DNA of 59,673 nucleotides from Burkholderiaceae bacterium (GTDB lineage Bacteria; Pseudomonadota; Gammaproteobacteria; Burkholderiales; Burkholderiaceae_C): NCBI GenBank assembly GCA_036276615.1, contig DASUON010000110.1, positions 1 to 59,673 of the forward strand, read 5' to 3'. Shown piece by piece: positions 1 to 10,878 of this stretch (position 1 is its first letter; each line of letters starts with the position of its first letter). The notes under the pieces were generated by a model. It saw only the letters and a program-made list of their open reading frames with translations, ran no database searches and was not told where the DNA came from. The position numbers and the translations under genes were made by a program.

Positions 1-372
1 CCAGGGCACGGGCAGCAGGTCGGCAGCGTGGATGAGTTGGGTGCCATCCGCGGGGCCTCCGGGCACCCCGCGGGTCACGGTCAACGGGGCGCGGGCAAAG
101 CTGGCGTGGTCGCTCACGCGGACCGGGTCGGTGCGTTCCACCAGCGCGGCCAGCTGGTCCAGGTGCCACGGGTCCAGCCCGGCGGCCGACCCCAGCGACA
201 GCCCCACCCCATGCAGGCTGATGGGGTAGGCCGAGCGGCCCTGGCGCAGCACTTCGGCGCTGGCCCCGCCGGGGGCAAAGAAGTTTTCGCTGTGCACTTC
301 CAGGAAGTCCAGGGCGGGCCGTTCGGCCAGCACCTGGGCAAAGTGGGGGTGACGCCAACCCAGCCCGGCCAT
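1..372 (-). CDS. bufB: MNIO-family (DUF692/UPF0276) peptide-modifying enzyme, N-terminal 124 codons only; the gene continues past the left window edge (BufB-like bufferin maturase)
   Basis: My own minus-strand translation from ATG at 372: [42 protein letters not shown]... The GLGxR and EVHSENFF pattern is typical of DUF692. It starts 5 nt after the stop of the DUF2282 gene. It is missing from the ORF track because it is open at the window edge. Confidence 0.7.
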   Translation of the reverse strand, partial: MAGLGWRHPHFAQVLAERPALDFLEVHSENFFAPGGASAEVLRQGRSAYPISLHGVGLSLGSAAGLDPWHLDQLAALVERTDPVRVSDHASFARAPLTVTRGVPGGPADGTQLIHAADLLPVPW

Positions 373-376
373 GGCA

Positions 377-667
377 TCAGCCCTTTTTGGCCTTGGCCTT
401 GGCTTCGTCCATGCTCAGGCCACCGGCCTGTTTGCAACTGCCCTTGGGCACAAACTTCCAGTCGCCTGCGTCCATGTCCATCTTGGCTTGGCCTGCGCAA
501 GAGTGGGTCCCGGCGATGTTGGCGCAGTCGTTCTGCCCGGCCTTGGCAATGCCGAAGCACTTTTCCTTTTCCTGGGCGTGGGCGGGTGCAGCGGCCAGGC
601 CCATGCCGATCACGGAGGCGGCGGTGAGGGCGATGAGGGCGCGTTTGTCGAGGTTCAAAGGGGTCAT
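377..667 (-). CDS. bufA: DUF2282 secreted Cys-containing peptide precursor (BufA1-type bufferin precursor)
   Basis: 96 aa. Signal peptide [31 protein letters not shown], then a core with 4 Cys ([24 protein letters not shown]...KGSCKQ). AGGAG lies about 9 nt upstream of ATG 667. It is directly followed by the DUF692 gene. The 348-aa track ORF is an over-extension. Confidence 0.8.
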   Translation of the reverse strand: MTPLNLDKRALIALTAASVIGMGLAAAPAHAQEKEKCFGIAKAGQNDCANIAGTHSCAGQAKMDMDAGDWKFVPKGSCKQAGGLSMDEAKAKAKKG

Positions 668-841
668 GAGGTGCATCTCCTGCGAGTGGTTGAAGGGTTC
701 AACCCCCGCGCTGCCAGAGGTGGCAACACGCGGTGGTTGCTCTTGAGTCGGGCGGCGGGGCCGGTTTCTTACACCCGCAAAAAAATATTTTTCGAACCCG
801 TCGGCCAGCCCAAAATCGCGGCACCGTTTGCCTGCCACCCC

Positions 842-1438
842 ATGCCCGACACCCCACCACACCCCAGCCACAGCGACCTGGCCGATCAGCTCCAGCAGCA
901 CCGCCCCATGCTGCTGAAGTTCGCCATGCGCCAGCTGCGCAACCCCACCTGGGCGGAAGACGCGGTGTCCGACACCCTGCTGGCCGCCCTGGCCAAGCCC
1001 TCGGCCTTCGAGCAACGGGCACAGCTGCGCACCTGGCTGGTGGGCATCCTCAAACACAAGGTGCTGGACCAGATGCGCGCCCACGCCCGCGAAGCCTGCG
1101 ACCCCGGCACCACCCCCGACGACCTGGCCGACCCGCTGGACGACCTGCCCCTGGACGCCCGCGGCCACTTCAGCGAGCTGCCCGCCGAGTGGGGCAACCC
1201 GGAGCAGGACCTGTCCCGCCGCCAGTTGGCCGAGGTGCTGGAGTTGTGCACCGACCGCCTGCCCGTCGCCCAGGGCCGCGCCTTCATGATGCGCGAGTGG
1301 CTGGAGATGTCGGTGGACGACATTTGTAAGGAACTGGACGTGAGCTCGACCAACCTGTACGTGCTGCTGCACCGCGCCCGCCTGCGCCTGCGTGCCTGCC
1401 TGGAACTGAACTGGCTGGGCCACCAGCAGGCCGCCTGA
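842..1438 (+). CDS. ECF-type RNA polymerase sigma-70 factor
   Basis: 198 aa with region 2 (WAEDAVSDTLLAAL) and a region 4 HTH (MSVDDICKELDVSSTNLYVLLHRARLRLR). Divergent from the bufferin genes. Confidence 0.85.
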   Translation: MPDTPPHPSHSDLADQLQQHRPMLLKFAMRQLRNPTWAEDAVSDTLLAALAKPSAFEQRAQLRTWLVGILKHKVLDQMRAHAREACDPGTTPDDLADPLDDLPLDARGHFSELPAEWGNPEQDLSRRQLAEVLELCTDRLPVAQGRAFMMREWLEMSVDDICKELDVSSTNLYVLLHRARLRLRACLELNWLGHQQAA

Positions 1439-1461
1439 GCCCCGCCCCCGGACTGCCCGCC

Positions 1462-1686
1462 ATGGACCTGATGATTCCCTGCAAACGCGCCGCCGAACTG
1501 ATGGTGGCCCGAGAAGACCGAACCCTCAGCTGGGGCGAAGGGGCTGCCCTGCGCGTGCACCTGCTGATGTGCAAGGCCTGCCCCCGCTTCGAAAAGCAGC
1601 TGCTGACCATGCGCCAGGCCATGGGGGCCTGGCGGCGTTACAGCGAGCAGCCGGACGACGAGGACGAAAACAATCAAAAACAATAG
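1462..1686 (+). CDS. zf-HC2 type anti-sigma factor (small)
   Basis: 74 aa with H-x3-C-x2-C (HLLMCKACP). Starts 24 nt after the ECF sigma stop. Confidence 0.7.
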   Translation: MDLMIPCKRAAELMVAREDRTLSWGEGAALRVHLLMCKACPRFEKQLLTMRQAMGAWRRYSEQPDDEDENNQKQ

Positions 1687-1712
1687 CTGCTTGCGCTTAT
1701 CAATAAAGCGCT
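1670..1712. repeat. AT-rich REP-like intergenic repeat, copy a (inverted relative to copies c and d)
   Basis: The reverse complement reads AGCGCTTTATTGATAAGCGCAAGCAGCTATTG. The same core occurs at 19931 and 45101. It contains the hairpin GCGCTT/AAGCGC and overlaps the anti-sigma stop codon. Confidence 0.7.
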
Positions 1713-1734
1713 ACAGCCACTTTTTTCTTGAAAT

Positions 1735-2910
1735 TTACCCGATCACCCCGCCCCCCAGGCACACCTCACCGTCGTAGAGCACGGCAGACTGGCCGGGGGT
1801 GACGGCCCACTGGGCTTCGTCAAAGTGCAGGCGAATGGCGGCGGGGTCGCTGCCCGCTTGCAGCCAACAGGGCGCGTCGTCCTGGCGGTAGCGGGTCTTG
1901 GCGGACAGGCGGCGGGCGGGGGTGCCGTCGGGGCCGGTGGCGTTGAAGGCAGGCGCGGTGCCCGCGGTCCAGCTCAGGTCTTGGGCGGTCAGGCCCTCGC
2001 TCAGCAGCCAGGGGTGGTCGTGGCCTTGCACCACCCACAAGGTGTTGGTCTTCACGTCCTTGCGGGCCACAAACCAGGGGGCGTGTTCACCACCGCCTTT
2101 TTGCGCACCCTTTTCCTTCACCCCGCCAATGCCCAGCCCCTGGCGCTGGCCCAGGGTGTAGAAGCTCAGGCCCACGTGTTTCCCGATGGTGTGGCCGCGG
2201 TCGTTCTTGATGGGGCCGGGCGCATGGGCGATGTAGCGGTTGAGGAAGTCGCGGAAGGGGCGCTCGCCAATGAAGCAGATGCCGGTGCTGTCCTTCTTCT
2301 TGGCGTTGGGCAGGCCAATCTCAGTGGCAATGCGGCGCACCTCGGTCTTGTGCAGTTCACCCACGGGGAACAGGGTCTGCGCCAGCTGCGCCTGCGTGAG
2401 GCGGTGCAAAAAGTAGCTCTGGTCTTTGCTGGGGTCCAGGCCCTTGAGCAGTTCAAACCGCCCATCGCCCAGGCGGGAGGTGCCCACGGGCAGCAATGTG
2501 CCATCGGCCCCCACGCAGCGCACGCGGGCGTAGTGGCCGGTGGCGATCTTGTCGGCCCCCAGGCGCATGGCGTGGTCCAGGAAAGCCTTGAACTTGATTT
2601 CGGCGTTGCACAGGATGTCGGGGTTGGGCGTGCGCCCGGCCTGGTACTCGCGCAGGAACTCGGCAAACACCCGGTCCTTGTATTCGGCGGCGAAGTTGAC
2701 GTGTTCGATGTCGATGCCCACCACGTCGGCCACGCTGGCGGCGTCCAGCCAGTCCTGGCGGCTGGAGCAGTATTCGCTGTCGTCGTCGTCTTCCCAGTTC
2801 TTCATGAAGATGCCGATGACCTCATAGCCCTGCTGCTTGAGCAGGTAGGCGCTCACCGACGAATCCACGCCCCCGGAGAGGCCCACAACCACTTTTTGCT
2901 TGACAGTCAT
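1735..2910 (-). CDS. mnmA: tRNA-specific 2-thiouridylase MnmA
   Basis: 391 aa with the PP-loop [19 protein letters not shown]. Full-length MnmA/TrmU-like sequence. Confidence 0.95.
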   Translation of the reverse strand: MTVKQKVVVGLSGGVDSSVSAYLLKQQGYEVIGIFMKNWEDDDDSEYCSSRQDWLDAASVADVVGIDIEHVNFAAEYKDRVFAEFLREYQAGRTPNPDILCNAEIKFKAFLDHAMRLGADKIATGHYARVRCVGADGTLLPVGTSRLGDGRFELLKGLDPSKDQSYFLHRLTQAQLAQTLFPVGELHKTEVRRIATEIGLPNAKKKDSTGICFIGERPFRDFLNRYIAHAPGPIKNDRGHTIGKHVGLSFYTLGQRQGLGIGGVKEKGAQKGGGEHAPWFVARKDVKTNTLWVVQGHDHPWLLSEGLTAQDLSWTAGTAPAFNATGPDGTPARRLSAKTRYRQDDAPCWLQAGSDPAAIRLHFDEAQWAVTPGQSAVLYDGEVCLGGGVIG

Positions 2911-2935
2911 GGGGCGGGATTATCCCGCCCGGGCC

Positions 2936-3688
2936 TCAAGCCCGCAGGAAGAACACCACCGACATGGCCAGGCCCGTGGTCATTACCAGCCCCCGCACCC
3001 AGGCCGCAGGCAGGCGGCGGGCCACCCGGGCCCCCAGCACGCCGCCCAGCGTGGCGCAGGCCATCATCCACAGGGCCTGGGGCCAGGCGATGGCCCCGGC
3101 CACGGCAAACGCCGCCACCGACAGCAGCGACAACACAAAAGAGTTGAAGTTTTTGAGGGCGTTGGCGGTGTTCACCCGCGGCTCGCCGGTCAGGGTGTAG
3201 AGCGCCATCAGCAAAATGCCCAGGCCGCCGTTGAAGTACCCGCCGTACACCGACACCAGCCACAGCCCGGGCGCCCGCGCCCGCGTCCAGCCATGCCCCC
3301 CGGCCCAGCGGGTGAGCGCAGGGCCCAGCGCAAACAGCGCCGTGGCAAACAGCAGCAACCAGGGCACCAGGCCCGAGAACACCTTGGCCGGGGTCACCAG
3401 CAGCAGCAAGGCCCCCACCACACCGCCGCTGGCCGACAGCAGGGCTTCGCGGTGCAGCAGGCGGCGGTCCAGGGCATTCAGTTCGCCGCGGAACCCCCAC
3501 ACGCTGCCCAGGTAACCCGGGCTGACCGCCACCGCGCTGGTGGCGTTGGCCGCAATGGGCGGCACCCCCGCCCACACCAGGGCCGGAAAGGTGAGGAAGC
3601 TGCCCCCACCGGCCACCGCGTTGAGCGTGCCCGCGCCCAGCGCCGCCAGCGCCAGCACGGCCCAGGAGGCCCCGTCCGTCGGGGTCAT
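2936..3688 (-). CDS. TauE/SafE (DUF81) family membrane anion exporter
   Basis: 250 aa multi-pass membrane protein with Gly-rich TM segments (GAGTLNAVAGGGSF, YGGYFNGGLGIL). ATG 3688 overlaps the NUDIX stop (ATGA). The 435-aa track ORF fuses it with upstream out-of-gene sequence. Confidence 0.8.
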   Translation of the reverse strand: MTPTDGASWAVLALAALGAGTLNAVAGGGSFLTFPALVWAGVPPIAANATSAVAVSPGYLGSVWGFRGELNALDRRLLHREALLSASGGVVGALLLLVTPAKVFSGLVPWLLLFATALFALGPALTRWAGGHGWTRARAPGLWLVSVYGGYFNGGLGILLMALYTLTGEPRVNTANALKNFNSFVLSLLSVAAFAVAGAIAWPQALWMMACATLGGVLGARVARRLPAAWVRGLVMTTGLAMSVVFFLRA

Positions 3689-4185
3689 GGGTGGCCACCT
3701 TGCCAGACCGACGCCGCCGTGTGCACCACCCCCAGCGGGTGGCGTTGGCCACGCAGGTGGTCTTCCATGCACTGCACCACCAGCGGGCTGCGGTGACGGG
3801 GGGCGCTGGCGCGGACTTCGTCGGGCGTCATCCACACGGTGCGCACGATGCCGTGGTCCAGCGCCCGGCCCGGCACCGCATCGGCCACGGTGCCGCAGTA
3901 GGCAAAGCGCAGGTAGGTGATGTCTTCGCCCTGCGCCGATCCGGCCCCCGGCCGCTGGAAGCGCGCCAGGTACACCCCCACCAGCGCCTGTGGGGTGAAG
4001 GGGTGGGCGGTTTCCTCCAGCACTTCGCGCACCACGCCCTGCTCGGGGCTTTCGCCGGGTTCCAGGTGGCCTGCGGGGTTGTTGAGGCGCAAGCCTTCGG
4101 GGGTGTGTTCTTCGACCAGCAGGTAGCGGCCGTCGCGTTCGATCACGGCGGCCACCGTGACGCTGGGTTTCCATCGTTCGCTCAT
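3685..4185 (-). CDS. NUDIX hydrolase
   Basis: 166 aa starting MSERWKPSVTVAAVIE. NUDIX box GHLEPGESPEQGVVREVLEETA (G-x5-E-x7-REvxEE). Confidence 0.85.
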   Translation of the reverse strand: MSERWKPSVTVAAVIERDGRYLLVEEHTPEGLRLNNPAGHLEPGESPEQGVVREVLEETAHPFTPQALVGVYLARFQRPGAGSAQGEDITYLRFAYCGTVADAVPGRALDHGIVRTVWMTPDEVRASAPRHRSPLVVQCMEDHLRGQRHPLGVVHTAASVWQGGHP

Positions 4186-4320
4186 GGGGCCGATTATGGG
4201 CAGCCCTGCCGTGCCGACCTGTCGCACCCGACGCACCGGTCACGTTTGGGGGCGGTATCGGTTTCCGTTAAGCTGCGTGTCAGCTTCAGCCCCCTATTCG
4301 GGGCACCAGAATCAGAGGAA

Positions 4321-5055
4321 ATGTCCATGCCGTCAGGCGCATCTGTTCAGACTGTCTCCCGCGTTCACCCCCTCCGGCTGATGACCACGGCGCTGGCCTT
4401 GGCCACCCTGATGACGGGCTGTGCCCGCATGCCCCCCAGTGCTGAGCCGGCGGGGCATGTGAGTCTGGCGCTGCCCGGATCGGGTTGGACCCCGCTGGGT
4501 CCGGTGGAGTCGGTCACCGTGCCTTCCGGCGCATCGGTGGCACCTGCGCAGCGTCAGGTGATGGGCCTGCCCAACCCCCAAGGCGGATGGCTGGCCACGG
4601 TGGTGTTGACGGCCACCCGCGCCCAGACCTGGCAAGCCCCGGACCAGCCGCCCCGCTGTGTGCCCGCACGGGCCGAGCAGGTGGAAAACCCGGAAGCCAC
4701 CGGCCCCACCCGCATCGACTGCCTGCGGGGTCGGCTGTACGCCAGCCAGCAAGGGTGGATGCAAAAGCACCACCCGGACGCGGACGCCGTGCTCCAGGCC
4801 CACCAGGCCCTGCCCCCGGCACCGTACGCCTGGGCCAGCCACACCTACACCACCGACTCGGGCATTTACATCCGCCTGGACGTGGTGATGGACCAGCGCC
4901 TGGTGGAACCCAAGACCCGCAGCAACGCCGAGTTCCTGGTGGCCGGGCGTCCATTCGAAGCCTGGACCCACCAACTGGGCCGGGCCGTGCGCACCGCTTC
5001 GGGCCTGGTGGACGGGCGCCTGCTCGTCCCCCCTTTCCCTTTTCCCGTGCCCTGA
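4321..5055 (+). CDS. hypothetical lipoprotein
   Basis: 244 aa. GAGGA RBS before ATG 4321, and a signal peptide with lipobox LMTGC. No recognisable domain. Confidence 0.55.
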   Translation: MSMPSGASVQTVSRVHPLRLMTTALALATLMTGCARMPPSAEPAGHVSLALPGSGWTPLGPVESVTVPSGASVAPAQRQVMGLPNPQGGWLATVVLTATRAQTWQAPDQPPRCVPARAEQVENPEATGPTRIDCLRGRLYASQQGWMQKHHPDADAVLQAHQALPPAPYAWASHTYTTDSGIYIRLDVVMDQRLVEPKTRSNAEFLVAGRPFEAWTHQLGRAVRTASGLVDGRLLVPPFPFPVP

Positions 5056-5111
5056 CGACCGGGGCCATGCACCCTGGTCACCGATTTCGAGCCCTTCATT
5101 GAGGAGACACC

Positions 5112-6743
5112 ATGCAGCCTGCTGTGCCCGACACCGCTTCCGTGAACCCCACGGCCCCGACGCCCCAGCGCATTGGGGTGCCCAAGGAGACCTTCCCCGG
5201 CGAAAAACGGGTAGCCACCGTCCCAGAGGTGGTGGCCAAGCTGGTCAAGCTGGGCTTTTCGGTGGCGGTGGAGTCGGGCGCGGGTGAGGCTGCCTCGTTC
5301 AGCGACGACGCCTACCGCGCCGAAGGGGCCGTGGTGGTGCCCACCGCTGCCGAGCTGTGGGCCACGGCTGACATCGTCTTCAAGGTGCGCCCGCCCAGTG
5401 CCGACGAGGTGGCGCGGGTGCGCCCGGGCCAAACGCTCATCGGCTTCATCTGGCCCGCCCAGAACCCCGAGCTGATGAACCAGCTGGCCGCGGCCCAGGC
5501 CACGGTGCTGGCCATTGACGCCCTGCCCCGCACGCTGAGCCGGGCGCAGAAGATGGACGCGCTCACCTCCATGGCCGGGGTCAGCGGCTACCGCGCGGTG
5601 GTGGAAGCCGCCAACGCCTTTGGCCGTTTCTTCAATGGCCAGATCACCGCGGCGGGCAAGGTGCCCCCGGCCAAGGTGTTCATTGCCGGGGCGGGTGTGG
5701 CCGGTCTGGCGGCCATTGGCACGGCGGCCAGCCTGGGGGCCATCGTCCGCGCCAACGACACCCGCGCCGAAGTGGCCGACCAGGTGGTGTCGCTGGGCGG
5801 CGAGTTCGTGAAGGTGGACTACGAGGAAGAGGGCTCGGGCGGCGGCGGTTACGCCAAGGTGATGAGCGAGGGCTTTCAAAAAGCGCAGCGCGACATGTAC
5901 GCCCAACAAGCGCGGGAGGTCGATATCATCATCACCACCGCGCTGATCCCGGGCAAGCCCGCGCCCAAGCTGATCACCGCCGAGATGGTGCAGACCATGA
6001 AGCCGGGCAGCGTCATCGTGGACATGGCCGCCGAACAAGGCGGCAACTGCGAGCTGACCGAGCCCGGGCAGGCCGTGGTCAAACACGGCGTGACCATCAT
6101 CGGTTACACCGACCTGGCCTCGCGCCTGGCACGGCAGTCGTCCACGCTGTACGGCACCAACCTGTTCCGCCTGACCGAGGAGCTGTGCAAGGCCAAGAAC
6201 GGCGTGGCCGTGGTCAACATGGAGGACGATGCCATCCGGGGCCTGACGGTCATCAAGGACGGCGCGGTCACCTGGCCCGCGCCGCCCATCAAACAAGCCC
6301 CGCCCCCACCACCCAAACCCGCGGCCGCCGTGGCCGAGAAAAAGGGCGGCCACGGGCATGGCAGCACCGGGCCCTTGCCCGCCCAGACCCTGGCCATCCT
6401 TTTTGCGGTGGCCGCGGTGGCGTTCTGGTTCATCGGGGCCTATGCCCCTGCGGCCTTCCTGGGGCACTTCACGGTGTTTGTGCTGGCGTGTTTCATCGGC
6501 TACATGGTGGTGTGGAACGTGACCCCGGCGCTGCACACGCCGCTGATGAGCGTGACCAACGCCATCTCCAGCATCATCGCCATCGGGGCGCTGGTGCAGA
6601 TTGCACCGCCCGAGGCTGGCATGGCCGGGCGGCCCGATGACCTGATCCGCTGGCTGGCGTTTGCGGCCACCGTGCTCACCGCCGTCAACATGTTTGGCGG
6701 TTTTGCCGTGACCCGCCGCATGCTGGACATGTTCCGCAAGTAA
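5112..6743 (+). CDS. pntA: NAD(P) transhydrogenase subunit alpha (PntA)
   Basis: 543 aa. N-terminal alanine-dehydrogenase-like dI domain ([13 protein letters not shown]ossmann motif) and C-terminal TM helices. Confidence 0.95.
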   Translation: MQPAVPDTASVNPTAPTPQRIGVPKETFPGEKRVATVPEVVAKLVKLGFSVAVESGAGEAASFSDDAYRAEGAVVVPTAAELWATADIVFKVRPPSADEVARVRPGQTLIGFIWPAQNPELMNQLAAAQATVLAIDALPRTLSRAQKMDALTSMAGVSGYRAVVEAANAFGRFFNGQITAAGKVPPAKVFIAGAGVAGLAAIGTAASLGAIVRANDTRAEVADQVVSLGGEFVKVDYEEEGSGGGGYAKVMSEGFQKAQRDMYAQQAREVDIIITTALIPGKPAPKLITAEMVQTMKPGSVIVDMAAEQGGNCELTEPGQAVVKHGVTIIGYTDLASRLARQSSTLYGTNLFRLTEELCKAKNGVAVVNMEDDAIRGLTVIKDGAVTWPAPPIKQAPPPPPKPAAAVAEKKGGHGHGSTGPLPAQTLAILFAVAAVAFWFIGAYAPAAFLGHFTVFVLACFIGYMVVWNVTPALHTPLMSVTNAISSIIAIGALVQIAPPEAGMAGRPDDLIRWLAFAATVLTAVNMFGGFAVTRRMLDMFRK

Positions 6744-6772
6744 ACCCACAACAAGAACAAAGGAAGACAACC

Positions 6773-8185
<1,413 letters not shown>

Positions 8186-8215
8186 CGCCGTTTCACCCCC
8201 ATGGGCCCAAAACGC

Positions 8216-8251
8216 AGGGGTGTCGCCATTTAGGGAGGCACCCCTTTTTTT
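8216..8251 (+). terminator. intrinsic terminator after pntB
   Basis: Stem AGGGGTG/CACCCCT followed by a T7 run, 31 nt after the pntB stop. Confidence 0.75.
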
Positions 8252-8310
8252 GGTTTTCCCTCTGTCAGATTCGCGTCAGTACACGCCAAAATGACAGAAA
8301 ATGTCGCAAT

Positions 8311-8330
8311 AAACGAACGGTTGTTCGTTT
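8311..8330. promoter_or_regulatory. palindromic operator candidate upstream of fadD
   Basis: AAACGAAC-GGTT-GTTCGTTT: perfect 8-bp inverted arms, about 30 nt upstream of the fadD start. Confidence 0.45.
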
Positions 8331-8361
8331 ATGAATCAAATACAACATGGAGACTGTGCAC

Positions 8362-10047
8362 ATGAATGCATCCGCCAACCGCCCCTGGCTTTCTGCGTAC
8401 CCCCCCGGCGTGCCTGCCGACATCGACGTGGCGCAATACCAGTCGCTGGCCCAGCTGATGGAGGTGAGCTTCAAGCAGTTTGCCCATCGGCCTGCGTACA
8501 GCTTCATGGGCAAGGACATGACCTACGCCCAGGTGGACAGCCTCTCCACCGCGTTGGCCAGCTATTTCCAGGGTCTGGGTCTGGTCAAGGGCGACCGCAT
8601 CGCCATCATGATGCCCAATGTGCCGCAGTACCCGGTCACGGTGGCGGCCATCCTGCGTGCCGGTTTTGTGGTGGTCAACGTCAACCCGCTGTACACCCCG
8701 CGGGAGCTGGAGCACCAGCTCAAGGACTCCGGGGCCAAAGCCATCGTCATCATCGAGAACTTTGCGCACACGCTGCAAGCCTGCCTGGCCAACACCCCGG
8801 TCAAACAGGTGGTGCTGGCGTCCATGGGTGATTTGCTGGGGGCCTTGAAGGGCGGCATCGTCAACTTCGTGGTGCGCGTGGTCAAGAAGATGGTGCCGCC
8901 GTTCAACCTGCCCATGGCCGTCCGCTTCAACGAGGCGCTGGCCCAGGGCACCAAAGGCACCCTGACCCCGCCCGACATCAAGCCGGACGACGTGGCGGTG
9001 CTGCAGTACACCGGCGGCACCACGGGCGTGAGCAAGGGCGCGGTGCTGCTCAACCGCAACGTCATTGCCAACGCCCTGCAGTCCGAAGCCTGGAACGCCC
9101 CCGTGGTGGGCAACATCCCCAAGGAGGAGCAGTACACCTCGGTGTGCGCCCTGCCGCTGTATCACATCTTCGCGTTCACCGTGAACATGATGCTGACCCT
9201 GCGCATGGGCGGCAAGACCATCCTCATCCCCAACCCGCGCGACATGCCCGCCGTGCTGAAAGAGCTGAGCAAACACACCTTCCACAGCTTTCCGGCGGTC
9301 AACACCCTGTTCAACGGCCTGGCCAACCACCCGGACTTTGGCACGGTGAATTGGAAAAACCTCCGTGTGTCACTGGGCGGTGGCATGGCCGTGCAGCACG
9401 CCGTGGCCCACCTGTGGCTGGAGAAGACGGGCTGCCCCATCGTGGAGGGTTATGGCCTGTCGGAAACCAGCCCGTCAGCCACCTGCAACCCCGTCACGTC
9501 CACCGAGTTCACCGGAACCATTGGCGTGCCCCTGCCCAACACCTGGCTGCGTTGCCTGGATGACGATGGCAACGACGTGCCCCTGGGCGAACCCGGCGAA
9601 ATCGCCATCAAAGGCCCGCAAGTCATGGCGGGTTACTGGCAACGCCCGGACGAAACCGCCAAGGTCATGACCCCCGATGGCTACTTCAAGACCGGCGACA
9701 TCGGGGTCATGAACGACAAGGGCTTCTTCAAGATCGTGGACCGCAAGAAGGACATGGTGCTGGTCAGCGGCTTCAACGTGTACCCCAACGAAGTGGAAGA
9801 CGTGGTGGCCGACTGCCCCGGCGTGCTGGAATGCGCGGTGGTGGGTGTGCCCGATGCCAAGACCGGCGAGGCGGTGAAACTGGTGATCGTCAAAAAAGAC
9901 CACTCGCTGACCGAAGACGAGGTGCGTGACTTCTGCCGCCGCCACCTCACCGGCTACAAGCAGCCCAAGATCGTGGAATTCCGCACCGAGCTGCCCAAGA
10001 CCCCGGTGGGCAAGATCCTGCGCCGCGAACTGCGCGACAAGAAGTGA
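8362..10047 (+). CDS. fadD: long-chain fatty acid-CoA ligase (FadD-like AMP-binding enzyme)
   Basis: About 561 aa with the AMP-binding motif LQYTGGTTGVSKGA. The N-terminus WLSAYPPGVPADI..YQSL matches the FadD style. GGAGA lies 8 nt before ATG 8362; ATG 8347 is an alternative start. Confidence 0.9.
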   Translation: MNASANRPWLSAYPPGVPADIDVAQYQSLAQLMEVSFKQFAHRPAYSFMGKDMTYAQVDSLSTALASYFQGLGLVKGDRIAIMMPNVPQYPVTVAAILRAGFVVVNVNPLYTPRELEHQLKDSGAKAIVIIENFAHTLQACLANTPVKQVVLASMGDLLGALKGGIVNFVVRVVKKMVPPFNLPMAVRFNEALAQGTKGTLTPPDIKPDDVAVLQYTGGTTGVSKGAVLLNRNVIANALQSEAWNAPVVGNIPKEEQYTSVCALPLYHIFAFTVNMMLTLRMGGKTILIPNPRDMPAVLKELSKHTFHSFPAVNTLFNGLANHPDFGTVNWKNLRVSLGGGMAVQHAVAHLWLEKTGCPIVEGYGLSETSPSATCNPVTSTEFTGTIGVPLPNTWLRCLDDDGNDVPLGEPGEIAIKGPQVMAGYWQRPDETAKVMTPDGYFKTGDIGVMNDKGFFKIVDRKKDMVLVSGFNVYPNEVEDVVADCPGVLECAVVGVPDAKTGEAVKLVIVKKDHSLTEDEVRDFCRRHLTGYKQPKIVEFRTELPKTPVGKILRRELRDKK

Positions 10048-10049
10048 AC

Positions 10050-10826
10050 ATGCCCCCCGTGCGCCTGGGCCTGATGGCCGCCTTGCCCCAGGAACTGCAA
10101 GCGGTGTTGGACCAAATGCCCGACGAGCACCGCGAAACGGTGGCGGGACGGGTGTTCTGGCCCGGGCACCTGCAGGGGTGCGAGGTGGTGGCCGTGGTTT
10201 CGGGCATTGGCAAGGTGGCCGCGGCCACCACCGCCACCGTGCTGTTGCAGCGCTACGGGGTGGACGGCATCGTGTTCACTGGCGTGGCGGGCGGCCTGGG
10301 CGACGGAGTGGCCGTGGGCGACGTGGTGGTGGCGTCGTCGCTGCTGCAGCACGACATGGATGCCTCGCCGCTGTTTCCCCGCCATGTGGTGCCGGGGCAT
10401 GCGGCTGACCGCTGGGCCACCCACGCGCCCTGGGCCGATGCGCTGTTGACCGCCGCCCACGAGGTGCTGGGGGCCTTGCCACAACACGTGGGGGCCGACG
10501 CCATGGCCCGCCACGGGCTGCAGCAACCCCGAGCCCACCAGGGCCTGGTGGTCAGCGGCGACCGGTTTGTGTGCACCTCGACCGAAAGCCAGGCCCTGCG
10601 CCAGGCCCTGCCCGATGCCCTGGCGGTGGAGATGGAAGGGGCCGCCGTGGCCCAGGTGTGTGCTGATTTCGGAGTGCCGTTTGCCGCGGTGCGCACCATC
10701 TCAGACCGGGCCGACGACGACGCCCACCGCGATTTCGTCACCTTTGTGCAGGACGTGGCCAGCCGCTACAGCGCCCACATGGTGTTGTCCAGCCTGCCTC
10801 GGCTGAGTCGAGTGCTTGCAAATTAA
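10050..10826 (+). CDS. 5'-methylthioadenosine/S-adenosylhomocysteine nucleosidase family protein
   Basis: 258 aa PNP_UDP_1-like protein (LGLMAALPQELQAV ... VVSGIGKVAAATTATVLL ... EMEGAAVAQV). Confidence 0.75.
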   Translation: MPPVRLGLMAALPQELQAVLDQMPDEHRETVAGRVFWPGHLQGCEVVAVVSGIGKVAAATTATVLLQRYGVDGIVFTGVAGGLGDGVAVGDVVVASSLLQHDMDASPLFPRHVVPGHAADRWATHAPWADALLTAAHEVLGALPQHVGADAMARHGLQQPRAHQGLVVSGDRFVCTSTESQALRQALPDALAVEMEGAAVAQVCADFGVPFAAVRTISDRADDDAHRDFVTFVQDVASRYSAHMVLSSLPRLSRVLAN

Positions 10827-10870
10827 TAGCAAAAATACCAATTGCATCAAGCGCAAGAGGTGATTTTTGC
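10824..10870. repeat. AT-rich REP-like intergenic repeat, copy b (diverged)
   Basis: TAATAGCAAAAATACCAATTGCATCAAGCGCAAGAGGTGATTTTTGC. It carries the AAGCGCAAG core and flanking inverted GCAAAAAT/ATTTTTGC. It lies between convergent genes. Confidence 0.5.
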
Positions 10871-10878
10871 CATGAGCA

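Noticed and set aside
688-704. Inverted repeat GGTTGAA-ggg-TTCAACC 21 nt upstream of the bufferin precursor start, considered as an operator or an ECF promoter element.
   Set aside because: The stem is short at 7 bp and too close to the start codon to be a -35/-10 pair. I could not identify a convincing ECF-type GGAAC...CGT promoter in the 175-nt divergent region by eye.
2936-4243. A single 435-aa ORF spanning the TauE and NUDIX regions. The over-extended track ORFs at 26675-28858, 36030-37067, 38475-40619, 47819-49333 and 52460-53362 are similar cases.
   Set aside because: In each case the upstream extension is Arg/Pro/Gly-rich nonsense that overlaps the neighbouring gene. An internal start with an RBS, or with stop-start coupling, gives a protein with a family-typical N-terminus.
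4866-6770. Very long antisense or alternative-frame ORFs, for example 4866-6770(-), 6500-7852(-), 12050-13789(+), 14125-15969(-), 24824-26587(-), 37950-40583(+), 42132-44066(+), 48420-50087(+) and 55470-57299(+).
   Set aside because: They overlap well-supported genes (pntA, pntB, the M48 protease, the EAL protein, hrcV, hrcU, hrcN, hrcC). They have Arg/Gly/Pro/His-rich low-complexity translations and are the usual stop-codon-poor shadow frames of high-GC DNA.
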